From an uncultured Gammaproteobacteria bacterium (GTDB taxonomy: Bacteria > Pseudomonadota > Gammaproteobacteria > JAGOUU01): a stretch of 64,000 nucleotides of DNA. Position numbers and translations under genes: made by a program. This document shows, in pieces, positions 41,049 to 50,171 of this stretch (position 1 is its first letter; the number at the start of each line of letters is the position of its first letter). Below the pieces are notes generated by a model that was given only the letters and a program-made list of their open reading frames with translations, was not told the DNA's origin and searched no databases. The DNA lies in NCBI GenBank assembly GCA_963977185.1, contig CAXBNV010000002.1, forward strand, positions 5,572 through 69,571, given 5' to 3'.

Positions 41049-42362
41049 TTATAATAATAAAAGTGATATATCACCTAATAATTTACTAAAATGAGTTATA
41101 AATCTTGCAGCTCCTGCTCCATCTATTACTCGATGATCATAAGATAAGGCTAAAGGTAACATTAATCTTGGTTCAAACTCGCCATCTTTATAAATAGGCT
41201 TAATTTGTGATTTAGATACACCTAAAATAGCCACATCTGGAGCATTAATAATTGGTGTAAATGCTGTTCCACCAATACCACCAAGACTAGATATAGCAAA
41301 ACAACTTCCAGCCATATCATCAGGCATTAATTTTTTATCACGTGCTTTTTTACTTAAACTTAATAATTCCTGAGCTAATTCGAATATACCTTTTTGGTCT
41401 ACGTTTTTAACAACAGGAACAACTAAACCATCTGGTGTATCAACAGCAACTCCTATATTGATATATTTTTTTAAAATTAAATTTTGACCATCTTTACTCA
41501 AAGATGAATTAAATTCAGGAAAAGTATGTAAGCACTTTGCTGCAACTTTTAATAAAAATACTAAAGGAGTTAATTTAAAACCTTCTTTTTCAGCTTGTTT
41601 TTTATGCTCTTGTCTGAAATTTTCCATATCAGTAATATCAGCTTCATCAAACTGTGTTACATGAGGAATACTAACCCAGTTTCTATGCAAATTAGCAGCG
41701 CTATATTTTTTAATTCGACTTAAAGGTTTGGTTTCTATATCACCATATTTTGAAAAATCTATATCTGGCATATCAATAACAGATAAACCTGCGCCTGATC
41801 CTTTACTAGACATTTTAGATTTAACATAGCCTTGTAAATCTTCTTTGGTAATACGCCCTTTTCTACCTGTACCATTTATTTCATTAAGATTAATATCAAA
41901 TTCTCTTGAAATACGTCTTACAACTGGAGATGCATAAACATCATTATCAATATTTTCTTGGGCTTCTTCAGATTGCTCTGATTTTGACTCATTTTCTTCA
42001 GTTTTTTTTGATTCTTCAGACTTTTCTGATTCTTCAGATTTTTCTGATTCTTCAGACTTTTCTAATTCTTCAGACTTTTCTAATTCTTCAGACTTTTCTA
42101 ATTCTTCAGATTTAGAGTCACCTTCCATTTCTAAAGTTAAAATTTGGCTTCCTTGAGATAACTTATCACCAACATTAACCTCTAAAGATTTTACTGTGCC
42201 AGAATAAGGCGACGGTATATCCATTGATGCTTTTTCACTCTCTAATGTCACAAGCGTATCATCAACCTCAATGGTATCACCTACAGATACTGCAATTTCA
42301 ATAACTTCTACATCACTTGCATCTCCAATATTAGGCACCAAAACTTTTTTTAACTCTGTCAT
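41049..42362 (-). CDS. aceF: Pyruvate dehydrogenase E2 dihydrolipoamide acetyltransferase with a single lipoyl domain
   Basis: Order of elements: lipoyl domain (…LESEKASMDIPSP…), E/K/S repeat linker, E3-binding domain (ASPVVRRISREFDINL), catalytic domain (DHRVIDGA). Confidence 0.95.
   Translation of the reverse strand: MTELKKVLVPNIGDASDVEVIEIAVSVGDTIEVDDTLVTLESEKASMDIPSPYSGTVKSLEVNVGDKLSQGSQILTLEMEGDSKSEELEKSEELEKSEELEKSEESEKSEESEKSEESKKTEENESKSEQSEEAQENIDNDVYASPVVRRISREFDINLNEINGTGRKGRITKEDLQGYVKSKMSSKGSGAGLSVIDMPDIDFSKYGDIETKPLSRIKKYSAANLHRNWVSIPHVTQFDEADITDMENFRQEHKKQAEKEGFKLTPLVFLLKVAAKCLHTFPEFNSSLSKDGQNLILKKYINIGVAVDTPDGLVVPVVKNVDQKGIFELAQELLSLSKKARDKKLMPDDMAGSCFAISSLGGIGGTAFTPIINAPDVAILGVSKSQIKPIYKDGEFEPRLMLPLALSYDHRVIDGAGAARFITHFSKLLGDISLLLL
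41990..42115. repeat. Tandem 18-bp in-frame repeats inside aceF encoding the linker (SEELEK)n/(SEESEK)n
   Basis: About 6 copies of ttcttcagacttttctaa/ga are directly visible. They translate to EELEKSEELEKSEELEKSEESEKSEESEK. Confidence 0.9.
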
Positions 42363-42402
42363 GTAAATCTCCTAATTTAACCTGTTAATTTATTGATATT
42401 GA

Positions 42403-45102
42403 TTAACATAAAGTTGGATCTTCTTTATCTTGATTAATCTTATATTTTTTAAAAGCTTCAGATAACTCTTTTTTATCTAATAACTTTTGATCACATAATG
42501 ATTTTAAAGCTGCAATTACTATATGCTTGCTATCTACTTCAAAAAAATGTCTAAGCTTATCTCTTGTATCACTTCTACCAAACCCATCAGTCCCTAAAAC
42601 TTTATAATGGCCTGGAACAAACTCTCTGATTTGATTAGTATAAGATTTAGCATAATCAGTAACAGCTATAAATGGAGTATCTTTTGAATCTAACAAGCAC
42701 TTTGTAACATAAGGAACTTTAGGTGAATCATCAGGATGTAACATATTCCATCTATCTTTTATTTGAGCTTCTCGTGCAAGCTCTGTAAAACTAGTTGCAC
42801 TCCATAAGTCTACAGATACATTATGTTCAGACTCTAACATTTCTTTTGCTTTCATTGCTTCTAAGAAAATAGGACCTGAGCTTAATAAACTTACTTTTAC
42901 TTTATTGTTTAATTTTTTATTTGATTTTGTATCTGATTTAGAAAATAAATATAAACCCTGATTGATTTGATTATATAACTCTTCTTTATTATCACTAATA
43001 CTTCCCATATCAGGATGCTCATAATTATCATTCATAACTGTAATATAATAATATTCACTATTACAGTCTTGATACATAGATTTTAAACCTTTGTGTATAA
43101 TAGCAGCAAGCTCATAACTAAAAGTAGGATCATAGCTTTTACAATTAGGTATCAAGCTTGAAAAAGTATGACTATTACCATCACAATGTTGCAAGCCTTC
43201 TCCTGCCAACGTTGTTCTGCCAGCAGTTGCTCCAAGCAAGAAACCTCTTGCTCGTAAATCACCAGCTGCCCATGCTAAATCACCAATTCGTTGCATTCCA
43301 AACATAGAATAAAATATATAAAAAGGAACCATTGGTAAATCATTATTACTGTATGAGGCAGCTGCTGCCATCCAAGATGAAAATGCTCCTGCTTCTGTAA
43401 TACCTTCTTCTAAAAGCTGACCTTTCGTGCTTTCATGATAAGACATTAATTGTTCTTGATCTTCTGGTGCATATTTTTGCTCTTCTGGAGAATATATTCC
43501 AATTTGTCTAAATAAACCTTCCATACCAAAAGTTCTTGCTTCATCAGGCACTATAGGAACTAAATTTTGTTTTATATTTTTATCTTTTAATAAATCAGAA
43601 AAAATCCTAGTAAAAGCCATTGTGGTTGATATTTCGCGACCACCAGATCCCTTGGTTATATTTTTTAAAATATCAAATTCAGGAATTTGTAATTTTTTAG
43701 ATTCTTCCTCTCTTCGCCATGGAAAAAAACCACCCAGTTTTTTTCTAGTATCCATTAAATATTGATATTCTTTACTAGATTTATCAAACTGTATATATTC
43801 TAGGTTTTCTAATTTTTTATCATCGATAGGCAAACTAAACCTTTCTCTAAATTTAGAGAGAGCTTTAAAATCCATTTTCTTTTTCTGATGAGTAATATTT
43901 TCTGCTTCACCACTACCAAGTCCCATACCAAAACCTTTTACAGTCTTCGCTAAAATGACAGTTGGCTTGCCATTAGTATTAGTGCTTGCTTTTAAATAAG
44001 CATTATATACTTTTTCAGGATCATGGCCACCTCGGTTTAAATTCCAAATTTCTTGGTCAGATAAATCTGCAACTAATGCTTTCATCTCTGGATATTTACC
44101 AAAGAAATTTTCTCTAGTAAAGGCTCCGCCACGAGCTTTATAATTTTGAAAATCACCATCAACAACTTCATCACATCTTTTAACGATAAACTCGTTCTTA
44201 TCTTTTTCAAATAAAGGATCCCAGCGGCCGCCCCATAAGACTTTAATAGCATTCCAGCCTGAGCCTTTAAAAATGCCTTCTAATTCTTGTATTACTTTGC
44301 TGTTACCTCTAACTGGGCCATCTAATCGTTGTAAATTACAATTAATCACAAAAATTAAATTATCTAATTTTTCTTTAACAGCTATATTTAAAGCCCCTAA
44401 TGATTCTGGTTCATCCATCTCACCGTCACCACAAAAACACCAAACTTTACGATCACTTGTATCTTGCAATCCTCTGTTATGTAAATATTTTAAAAATCTT
44501 GCTTGATATATAGCCTGAATTGGACCTAATCCCATTGACACAGTCGGGAACTGCCAATAATCTGGCATTAAATAAGGGTGTGGATAAGAAGAAAGTCCTG
44601 TTTGCCCTACTTCTTGTCTAAAATTATCTAAAAGCTTTTGATCAAAACGACCTTCTAAAAAAGAACGAGCGTATATGCCAGGAGATGTATGACCTTGAAT
44701 GTAAACTAAATCACCAAAAGACTTATCAGATTGACGTTTGAAAAAATGATTAAAGCCAACATCATACAAAGTTGCTGAGGATGCAAAGCTTGCAATATGA
44801 CCACCAACACCTGGTGCTTTATTGCCAGCTCTTAACACCATAGCCATAGCATTCCATCTGGTATAAGATCGAATAACTCGCTCTAATTCCAAATTACCAG
44901 GATAACTTACCTGTTCCTTTGTGGAGATAGTATTAGTATATCTAGTATTAACTAAATTAGAATCTATATCATATTTTTTAACTAAATCAGATATTAAAAA
45001 ATTAGCTCGTTCTTTACCATCTGTTAAAATAACATCTTCTAAAGACTGCTCCCACTCTTTAGTTTCATTATTATCTAAATCTATATTAATATTTTTACTC
45101 AT
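42403..45102 (-). CDS. aceE: Pyruvate dehydrogenase E1 component (homodimeric AceE type)
   Basis: 899-aa protein of the single-chain TPP-dependent E1 type typical of gamma-proteobacteria. Confidence 0.95.
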   Translation of the reverse strand: MSKNINIDLDNNETKEWEQSLEDVILTDGKERANFLISDLVKKYDIDSNLVNTRYTNTISTKEQVSYPGNLELERVIRSYTRWNAMAMVLRAGNKAPGVGGHIASFASSATLYDVGFNHFFKRQSDKSFGDLVYIQGHTSPGIYARSFLEGRFDQKLLDNFRQEVGQTGLSSYPHPYLMPDYWQFPTVSMGLGPIQAIYQARFLKYLHNRGLQDTSDRKVWCFCGDGEMDEPESLGALNIAVKEKLDNLIFVINCNLQRLDGPVRGNSKVIQELEGIFKGSGWNAIKVLWGGRWDPLFEKDKNEFIVKRCDEVVDGDFQNYKARGGAFTRENFFGKYPEMKALVADLSDQEIWNLNRGGHDPEKVYNAYLKASTNTNGKPTVILAKTVKGFGMGLGSGEAENITHQKKKMDFKALSKFRERFSLPIDDKKLENLEYIQFDKSSKEYQYLMDTRKKLGGFFPWRREEESKKLQIPEFDILKNITKGSGGREISTTMAFTRIFSDLLKDKNIKQNLVPIVPDEARTFGMEGLFRQIGIYSPEEQKYAPEDQEQLMSYHESTKGQLLEEGITEAGAFSSWMAAAASYSNNDLPMVPFYIFYSMFGMQRIGDLAWAAGDLRARGFLLGATAGRTTLAGEGLQHCDGNSHTFSSLIPNCKSYDPTFSYELAAIIHKGLKSMYQDCNSEYYYITVMNDNYEHPDMGSISDNKEELYNQINQGLYLFSKSDTKSNKKLNNKVKVSLLSSGPIFLEAMKAKEMLESEHNVSVDLWSATSFTELAREAQIKDRWNMLHPDDSPKVPYVTKCLLDSKDTPFIAVTDYAKSYTNQIREFVPGHYKVLGTDGFGRSDTRDKLRHFFEVDSKHIVIAALKSLCDQKLLDKKELSEAFKKYKINQDKEDPTLC

Positions 45103-45225
45103 TTAGAAAGCTCGCCAAGATTTATATTTAAAAATTTTAATTATGATAACATTATAGGAAAATATAGCACTATTATACTCATAAATTTTGTTTATTGTAG
45201 ACTTTTGAATAAATTTACTCGACAA

Positions 45226-45798
45226 TTAGTGATGAGACAAACTACTCTTAAAGAACTCCCAATCAAAAAACTCTCCAGGATCTGTTTTACGATTTGGTGC
45301 TATTTGATCATGACCTACTATATTATCTAATAAAATATCAGGATAAACACGCATGATGCTTTTAGTTAATTTAATTAAGCTATCATATTGAGCTTGTGTA
45401 TATTTATCATTATCAGCTCCTTCAAGCTCTATGCCTATGGAGTAATCATTAATATTACTTAACTCTTTAAAATTAGATTCACCCGCATGCCAAGCTTTAT
45501 TATTAAAATTTATGAATTGAATAACTTTACCTGTTCTTTTAATATACAAATGAGCTGATACTTTTACTGATTTAAGCTCTTTTATTGCATCTGGTAAATT
45601 ACATGGCAAATAATTTCTGAAAAATTGCTCAACATAATAATTACTATAATTATTTTTAGGTAAGCTAATACAATGTATTACTAATATTTGTATTTTATCT
45701 TTTATATCTCTTTTAGAATAATTAGGAGAATTTATAAACAAAATATTTTTATCACTTTTTAAAATACCTTGTTTAATATTAAAATTTTTATATTTCAT
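45226..45798 (-). CDS. ampD: N-acetylmuramoyl-L-alanine amidase AmpD (amidase_2 family)
   Basis: 190-aa protein with the motifs HCISLP, AWHAGES and GHDQIAPNRKTDPG. As in E. coli, it neighbours the aceEF region. Confidence 0.85.
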   Translation of the reverse strand: MKYKNFNIKQGILKSDKNILFINSPNYSKRDIKDKIQILVIHCISLPKNNYSNYYVEQFFRNYLPCNLPDAIKELKSVKVSAHLYIKRTGKVIQFINFNNKAWHAGESNFKELSNINDYSIGIELEGADNDKYTQAQYDSLIKLTKSIMRVYPDILLDNIVGHDQIAPNRKTDPGEFFDWEFFKSSLSHH

Positions 45799-45881
45799 AT
45801 TAACAAAATCAATTAAATTTATTTAAAAGTTAAGAGCTATACTAAATAATATACATATATTACCTAGGAGAAAGCAAGGAT

Positions 45882-47339
45882 ATGCTTTTTAACTATAATT
45901 ATAATAAAATTATCCAGCCAATATTTATCGCTATATTTTTTAATTTTATTTTTTATAATACCACATACAGTTCATTAAAACCTGACACTATAGACCAAAC
46001 TAAAGATATTAAGCTTATTAATGAAATTATAATTAAACCAAATAATAAATTTATATATAATAATTTTAATACTCAAAATATAAATATATTAAATAAAATG
46101 CTTAATAAATATTTAAATTTAACATTAGAATATAAAAAAACTATTAATTATAATCTTTTAGTATTTAAAATATCTGATAAAAATTTACAAACTAACAGTG
46201 TAAATGATATTAACAAAAATAATAAAATTATTAGAAATAAAATTAAAAAATTTAAAAATAATAATCATATAAAAAGACATATAAAACTTATAGCATCTAA
46301 CATTGCATTCAAATCTCAAATGGAACCTAATGACTCAAGGTATAATGATCAATGGAATTATTATGAGCCAATAGCCGGCATAAATATGCCATATGCATGG
46401 GATCTTAGCACTGGCGATAAAAGCACAATAGTAGCTGTACTAGATACCGGCATTACCAATCATGAAAATTTAAAAAATAAAATATTACCAGGTAGAAACT
46501 TTGTTTCCGATAGAGATAATCCTTCAGATGTCTTAGACTCAGGAATTGGTACTAATTATCATGGAACTCATGTTGCAGGGATTATAGCAGCTAATGGTAA
46601 TATGCAAAATGAAATATCAGGTATTGATTGGCACGCTAAAATTTTACCTGTAAGAGTTCTTGGAGATAACGGAATCGGTGATTTAATTAGTCTTGTTCAA
46701 GGTATACAGTATGCCGTTGGGTATGATGAATCTAATAATAATCCTGCAAAAATTATTAATTTGTCTCTTGGCTCTTATGAAGAATGCCCGGATGTTCTGC
46801 AAGAAGAAATAGATAATGCTATGATAAACAAAAATGTGACTTTTATAGTTGCAGCAGGAAATAGTGCAACTGATGCCAAATTTATGACTCCTGCAAATTG
46901 TAAAGGAGTCATTACTGTTGCTGCTGTAAATAGAAACGGATTTCCAGCATATTATACTAATTATGGACATGATACTATCGACATTACAGCTCCTGGAGGC
47001 GAACAATTTAATTATAATACGCAAGATGGTATATTATCTACAACATCGCCAGGCAACTTACAATATATGCAAGGAACTAGTATGGCAGCCCCTCATGTTG
47101 CAGGAGTAGTTGCTTTAATTAATTCTATAAACCCTAATTTTAATACTACTGAAATAAAAGAAATTATAAAAAACAGCTCTAAAGGTAATGTTATGAATGT
47201 TGGTATTTTGGACGCTAAAAGTGCTTTAGAATATTCAAAAATATTATCTCTTAAAAATCAGTTTTTTTTTAGTTTATACAACATCAATATGTTGCATCAT
47301 AGGTTAGTTTACAACCAAAAAACATTGATTTCTAAATAA
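45882..47339 (+). CDS. Secreted subtilisin-like serine protease (peptidase S8)
   Basis: 485-aa protein with an N-terminal signal/anchor. The catalytic triad motifs are VAVLDTGI (Asp), HGTHVAGII (His) and GTSMAAPHVAG (Ser). Confidence 0.9.
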   Translation: MLFNYNYNKIIQPIFIAIFFNFIFYNTTYSSLKPDTIDQTKDIKLINEIIIKPNNKFIYNNFNTQNINILNKMLNKYLNLTLEYKKTINYNLLVFKISDKNLQTNSVNDINKNNKIIRNKIKKFKNNNHIKRHIKLIASNIAFKSQMEPNDSRYNDQWNYYEPIAGINMPYAWDLSTGDKSTIVAVLDTGITNHENLKNKILPGRNFVSDRDNPSDVLDSGIGTNYHGTHVAGIIAANGNMQNEISGIDWHAKILPVRVLGDNGIGDLISLVQGIQYAVGYDESNNNPAKIINLSLGSYEECPDVLQEEIDNAMINKNVTFIVAAGNSATDAKFMTPANCKGVITVAAVNRNGFPAYYTNYGHDTIDITAPGGEQFNYNTQDGILSTTSPGNLQYMQGTSMAAPHVAGVVALINSINPNFNTTEIKEIIKNSSKGNVMNVGILDAKSALEYSKILSLKNQFFFSLYNINMLHHRLVYNQKTLISK

Positions 47340-47397
47340 ACTATTCATATAATAATCTTTTAAAATGACAAGTTCATTGCATTTATAAGGAGTTATT

Positions 47398-47931
47398 ATG
47401 AAATCATCTGAAATCCCTCTAAGTCTATTATATCAAAATCCTATTACCTCAGCTCTAGCAGGAGTTATGCTCAGTAAAGTAATTGTAAGCGATGTTTCTT
47501 CTGAGTTTGAAAAATTTTTCAAACATTTATTTAAGAATATTTTCTTAAGTGATGGTGATGTAGAAGAATTTTATCCTTTCTCTTATGGATCTATTTATGA
47601 AATATTTGGTTTATTAAAATACATCACTATTAAATGCTATGATTATTTAAATTCAATAGAAAATCAGTTATTAAAGAATATGGCTTTAATATTATCTTAC
47701 CCTGCTCTTACTTTATCTTATGCTACATCAATTGGTCTAGAAACTATTGGTAGAATGATACAATTTACTTTAAATACTATAAATGCATTAAGTGTTGCAA
47801 CTGGATTTATAGCAGGATTAATTCCCTCTATAATTGTCACTGTAATAGAAAATATCTTTGGTGGCTCTGAACAAGAATGCAATGATGAAATGATAAATGA
47901 GCAAGAAACAAGACCTAGACCTTTACTTTAA
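47398..47931 (+). CDS. Hypothetical protein with a bilobed hydrophobic hairpin (paralog 1 of a tandem pair)
   Basis: 177-aa protein with no signal peptide. Two hydrophobic stretches (ALILSYPALTLSYATSIGL…ALSVATGFIAGLIPSIIVTVI) are separated by a short loop. It shares conserved blocks with the next gene: NPITSA, PF(S/T)YGSI..(I/L)F.LL, IAG(L/V)IPS. Confidence 0.5.
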   Translation: MKSSEIPLSLLYQNPITSALAGVMLSKVIVSDVSSEFEKFFKHLFKNIFLSDGDVEEFYPFSYGSIYEIFGLLKYITIKCYDYLNSIENQLLKNMALILSYPALTLSYATSIGLETIGRMIQFTLNTINALSVATGFIAGLIPSIIVTVIENIFGGSEQECNDEMINEQETRPRPLL

Positions 47932-47980
47932 TACATTAAATTAAAATTTATTTCATTATCTATTATTTAGGAATCCCAAA

Positions 47981-48619
47981 ATGAAATTATTAGACATACC
48001 TTTAGACTTAATGATACATTCAAAAAACCCAATTACATCTGCTATAAAAGGCTTAATAATGAGCCATAAACTAATTAATAACTCAGATAAGTATGATGAT
48101 AGATCTTTTATCGAAAAAGTTAAAAACAATATCTATTTCGACTATAGAGAGCGCTATGCTGATAAAGACTCTTACCCTTTTACTTATGGAAGCATTCATC
48201 AATTATTTAATTTATTAACTTCTTTCACCAATTACTGCCTTAATTCATTGGATGTAATTGAAAATGAATTATTTCAAACTACCTGTCTTGTTATAACTTC
48301 ACCTTTATTTTTTGCATCTTATTTAACAGCGATGACTTTATCTGGAATTGGAGAAATTTTACAAACAGCTTTAAACTTAGCCAATGCTATTAGCATGATA
48401 GCAGGTATTATTGCTGGAGTGATTCCATCGCTTGCTATTAAGTTAATTAATGCTTTTGATGATTCTGGTGATATAGAATACTCACAAAATATATTTAATC
48501 GAACCATCAGTTGGACACCTCCTCCTTCTAGAGAGCATCTTAGTCATACACAAAACAATGATAATACTGAAAATGAAGAAGAGCTAGAAGGAAGAACCAT
48601 GCGATATTCTCGCTATTAA
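47981..48619 (+). CDS. Hypothetical protein with a bilobed hydrophobic hairpin (paralog 2)
   Basis: 212-aa protein with the same architecture and the same motif blocks as 47398..47931. Confidence 0.5.
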   Translation: MKLLDIPLDLMIHSKNPITSAIKGLIMSHKLINNSDKYDDRSFIEKVKNNIYFDYRERYADKDSYPFTYGSIHQLFNLLTSFTNYCLNSLDVIENELFQTTCLVITSPLFFASYLTAMTLSGIGEILQTALNLANAISMIAGIIAGVIPSLAIKLINAFDDSGDIEYSQNIFNRTISWTPPPSREHLSHTQNNDNTENEEELEGRTMRYSRY

Positions 48620-48802
48620 TATATTAATTATTATTTTCTCTCACTTTTAAGAACATACTACAACCTAAAATTGGGAGATGGAATCTAAAGAATATTGCCC
48701 AACAATATTATAATAAATACATTAAGAACTTATAATAAAACAAGAATATCTAAAAAGCATATCAAAAATAACAAGCTCTTTAAGTATTATAAAAACATAT
48801 AA

Positions 48803-48830
48803 CCTTAATAAAAGGATTAAGGTGTTATTT
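48803..48830. terminator. Hairpin plus T-run between convergent genes, a candidate bidirectional terminator
   Basis: The repeat ccttaat-aaaagg-attaagg (7-bp stem) is followed by tgttatttt on the + strand. A T-rich tract also lies on the opposite strand. Confidence 0.4.
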
Positions 48831-48876
48831 TAATCATTGCATTATTAGTCTAATAGATCTATTAAACTAAAATTGA

Positions 48877-49818
48877 TTAAGAGTTAATTTTTTCGAAACA
48901 ATACAAACGAGCTGAGGCGGAGCATTTATTTGAATTATTAACAGTCCAGTCTTCAGAAGAAGTAGATAGACCAATAATTGAGGGATTTAAAGACCCGTCT
49001 TTGCTTGTAAATCCGTCGCAGTCGCTTACACCTATTGCGGTAATTGAATATGTATTGCCGTTGGCACGGGTGTTAGTCCATACGAAATCGTTGACAATAG
49101 TATTGATGTCACCTGTCTCAGTTATGGTAAGAGCAGTTAATATGCTGCCATATTTCACGGCAGATTCAAGGGAATCAACGACCTTATCCATGTTTGGCAT
49201 GCGGTAAGGTGTCATTTTTTCGGGCTGGAATCGATCATACGCGTTGCTGCTGGTAGTGGATAACCACGCATCCCATCTTAAATTGCGTATATCAGCAACT
49301 CCTTTGTCCGCTAATTGTTTACACGTGACTTGTGCCCCTTCGATACCTCCCAAAGCTCCTGAAAAGATTTCTGATGTGACAAACGCATATAAGAACTCGC
49401 GTGGGGAGGATGATACATCTATAACATTAGATCTACCGTCGAAATCAGCCAATGAATAAGTTGAACCATAAATATCACAACTAACATTTACCTCAATAGA
49501 AGCTTTACCAGGCACACTAAACTGACCACAAGATGTTTTTTTGCCTTGAGAACTAGCCGCTATTATAGTTGTAACACCTTTTTTGGATTTATTGGTTATG
49601 GATATGGTATTAGTACTTATAATATTTTTATTCAAGCTCTTTGAAGATACCTTGTTTGCTTTAAGACTTCCTACTTTTGCAAGCTCTAATATCTTAGGGC
49701 ACGCTCCTTTATCTAAACAAGCTCTATTTTCTATATCAATTTCTTGATTAACCGCAAAAATAAAAGAGCTAAAGATTAATCCTGTCGTTAATAACTTTAA
49801 CTTAGTTTTAAATTTCAT
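48877..49818 (-). CDS. Hypothetical secreted Cys-rich protein (313 aa)
   Basis: Signal peptide (MKFKTKLKLLTTGLIFSSFIFAVNQ) and about 12 Cys residues. S/T-rich. No recognised domain. Confidence 0.5.
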   Translation of the reverse strand: MKFKTKLKLLTTGLIFSSFIFAVNQEIDIENRACLDKGACPKILELAKVGSLKANKVSSKSLNKNIISTNTISITNKSKKGVTTIIAASSQGKKTSCGQFSVPGKASIEVNVSCDIYGSTYSLADFDGRSNVIDVSSSPREFLYAFVTSEIFSGALGGIEGAQVTCKQLADKGVADIRNLRWDAWLSTTSSNAYDRFQPEKMTPYRMPNMDKVVDSLESAVKYGSILTALTITETGDINTIVNDFVWTNTRANGNTYSITAIGVSDCDGFTSKDGSLNPSIIGLSTSSEDWTVNNSNKCSASARLYCFEKINS

Positions 49819-50171
49819 TATCTTTCCCTGTAATGTCTTTTCTTATAATTTATATATTAAAATGTTTTTGGATTTCTATAATTATATTGATATTTTGATA
49901 TTTAGGTTTTACAGCTTTTGCAGATGCTATTAATAAAGACAGAGGAATAAGCTTTTTAAGATACATTATTAGTAATCCTTTACAATAAAATATATCTATA
50001 CATTATATATTGTGACTTTGTGTAATTCAACAAGAGCATTTAATTTAGTTATTGCTTTAAACTTAATAATAATATATACGAAGGAGCCAAGTTATTATGC
50101 ATATAATACTTTAGCTCCAACTTAAAAGTGTGTGCGTCTTTCAGCACTTTGATGTTAGAAATTTTTGAATA

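Noticed and set aside
41906-42115. 69-aa plus-strand ORF with (FLILQT)n repeats
   Set aside because: It is simply the antisense reading of the aceF linker tandem repeat. It is not a gene.
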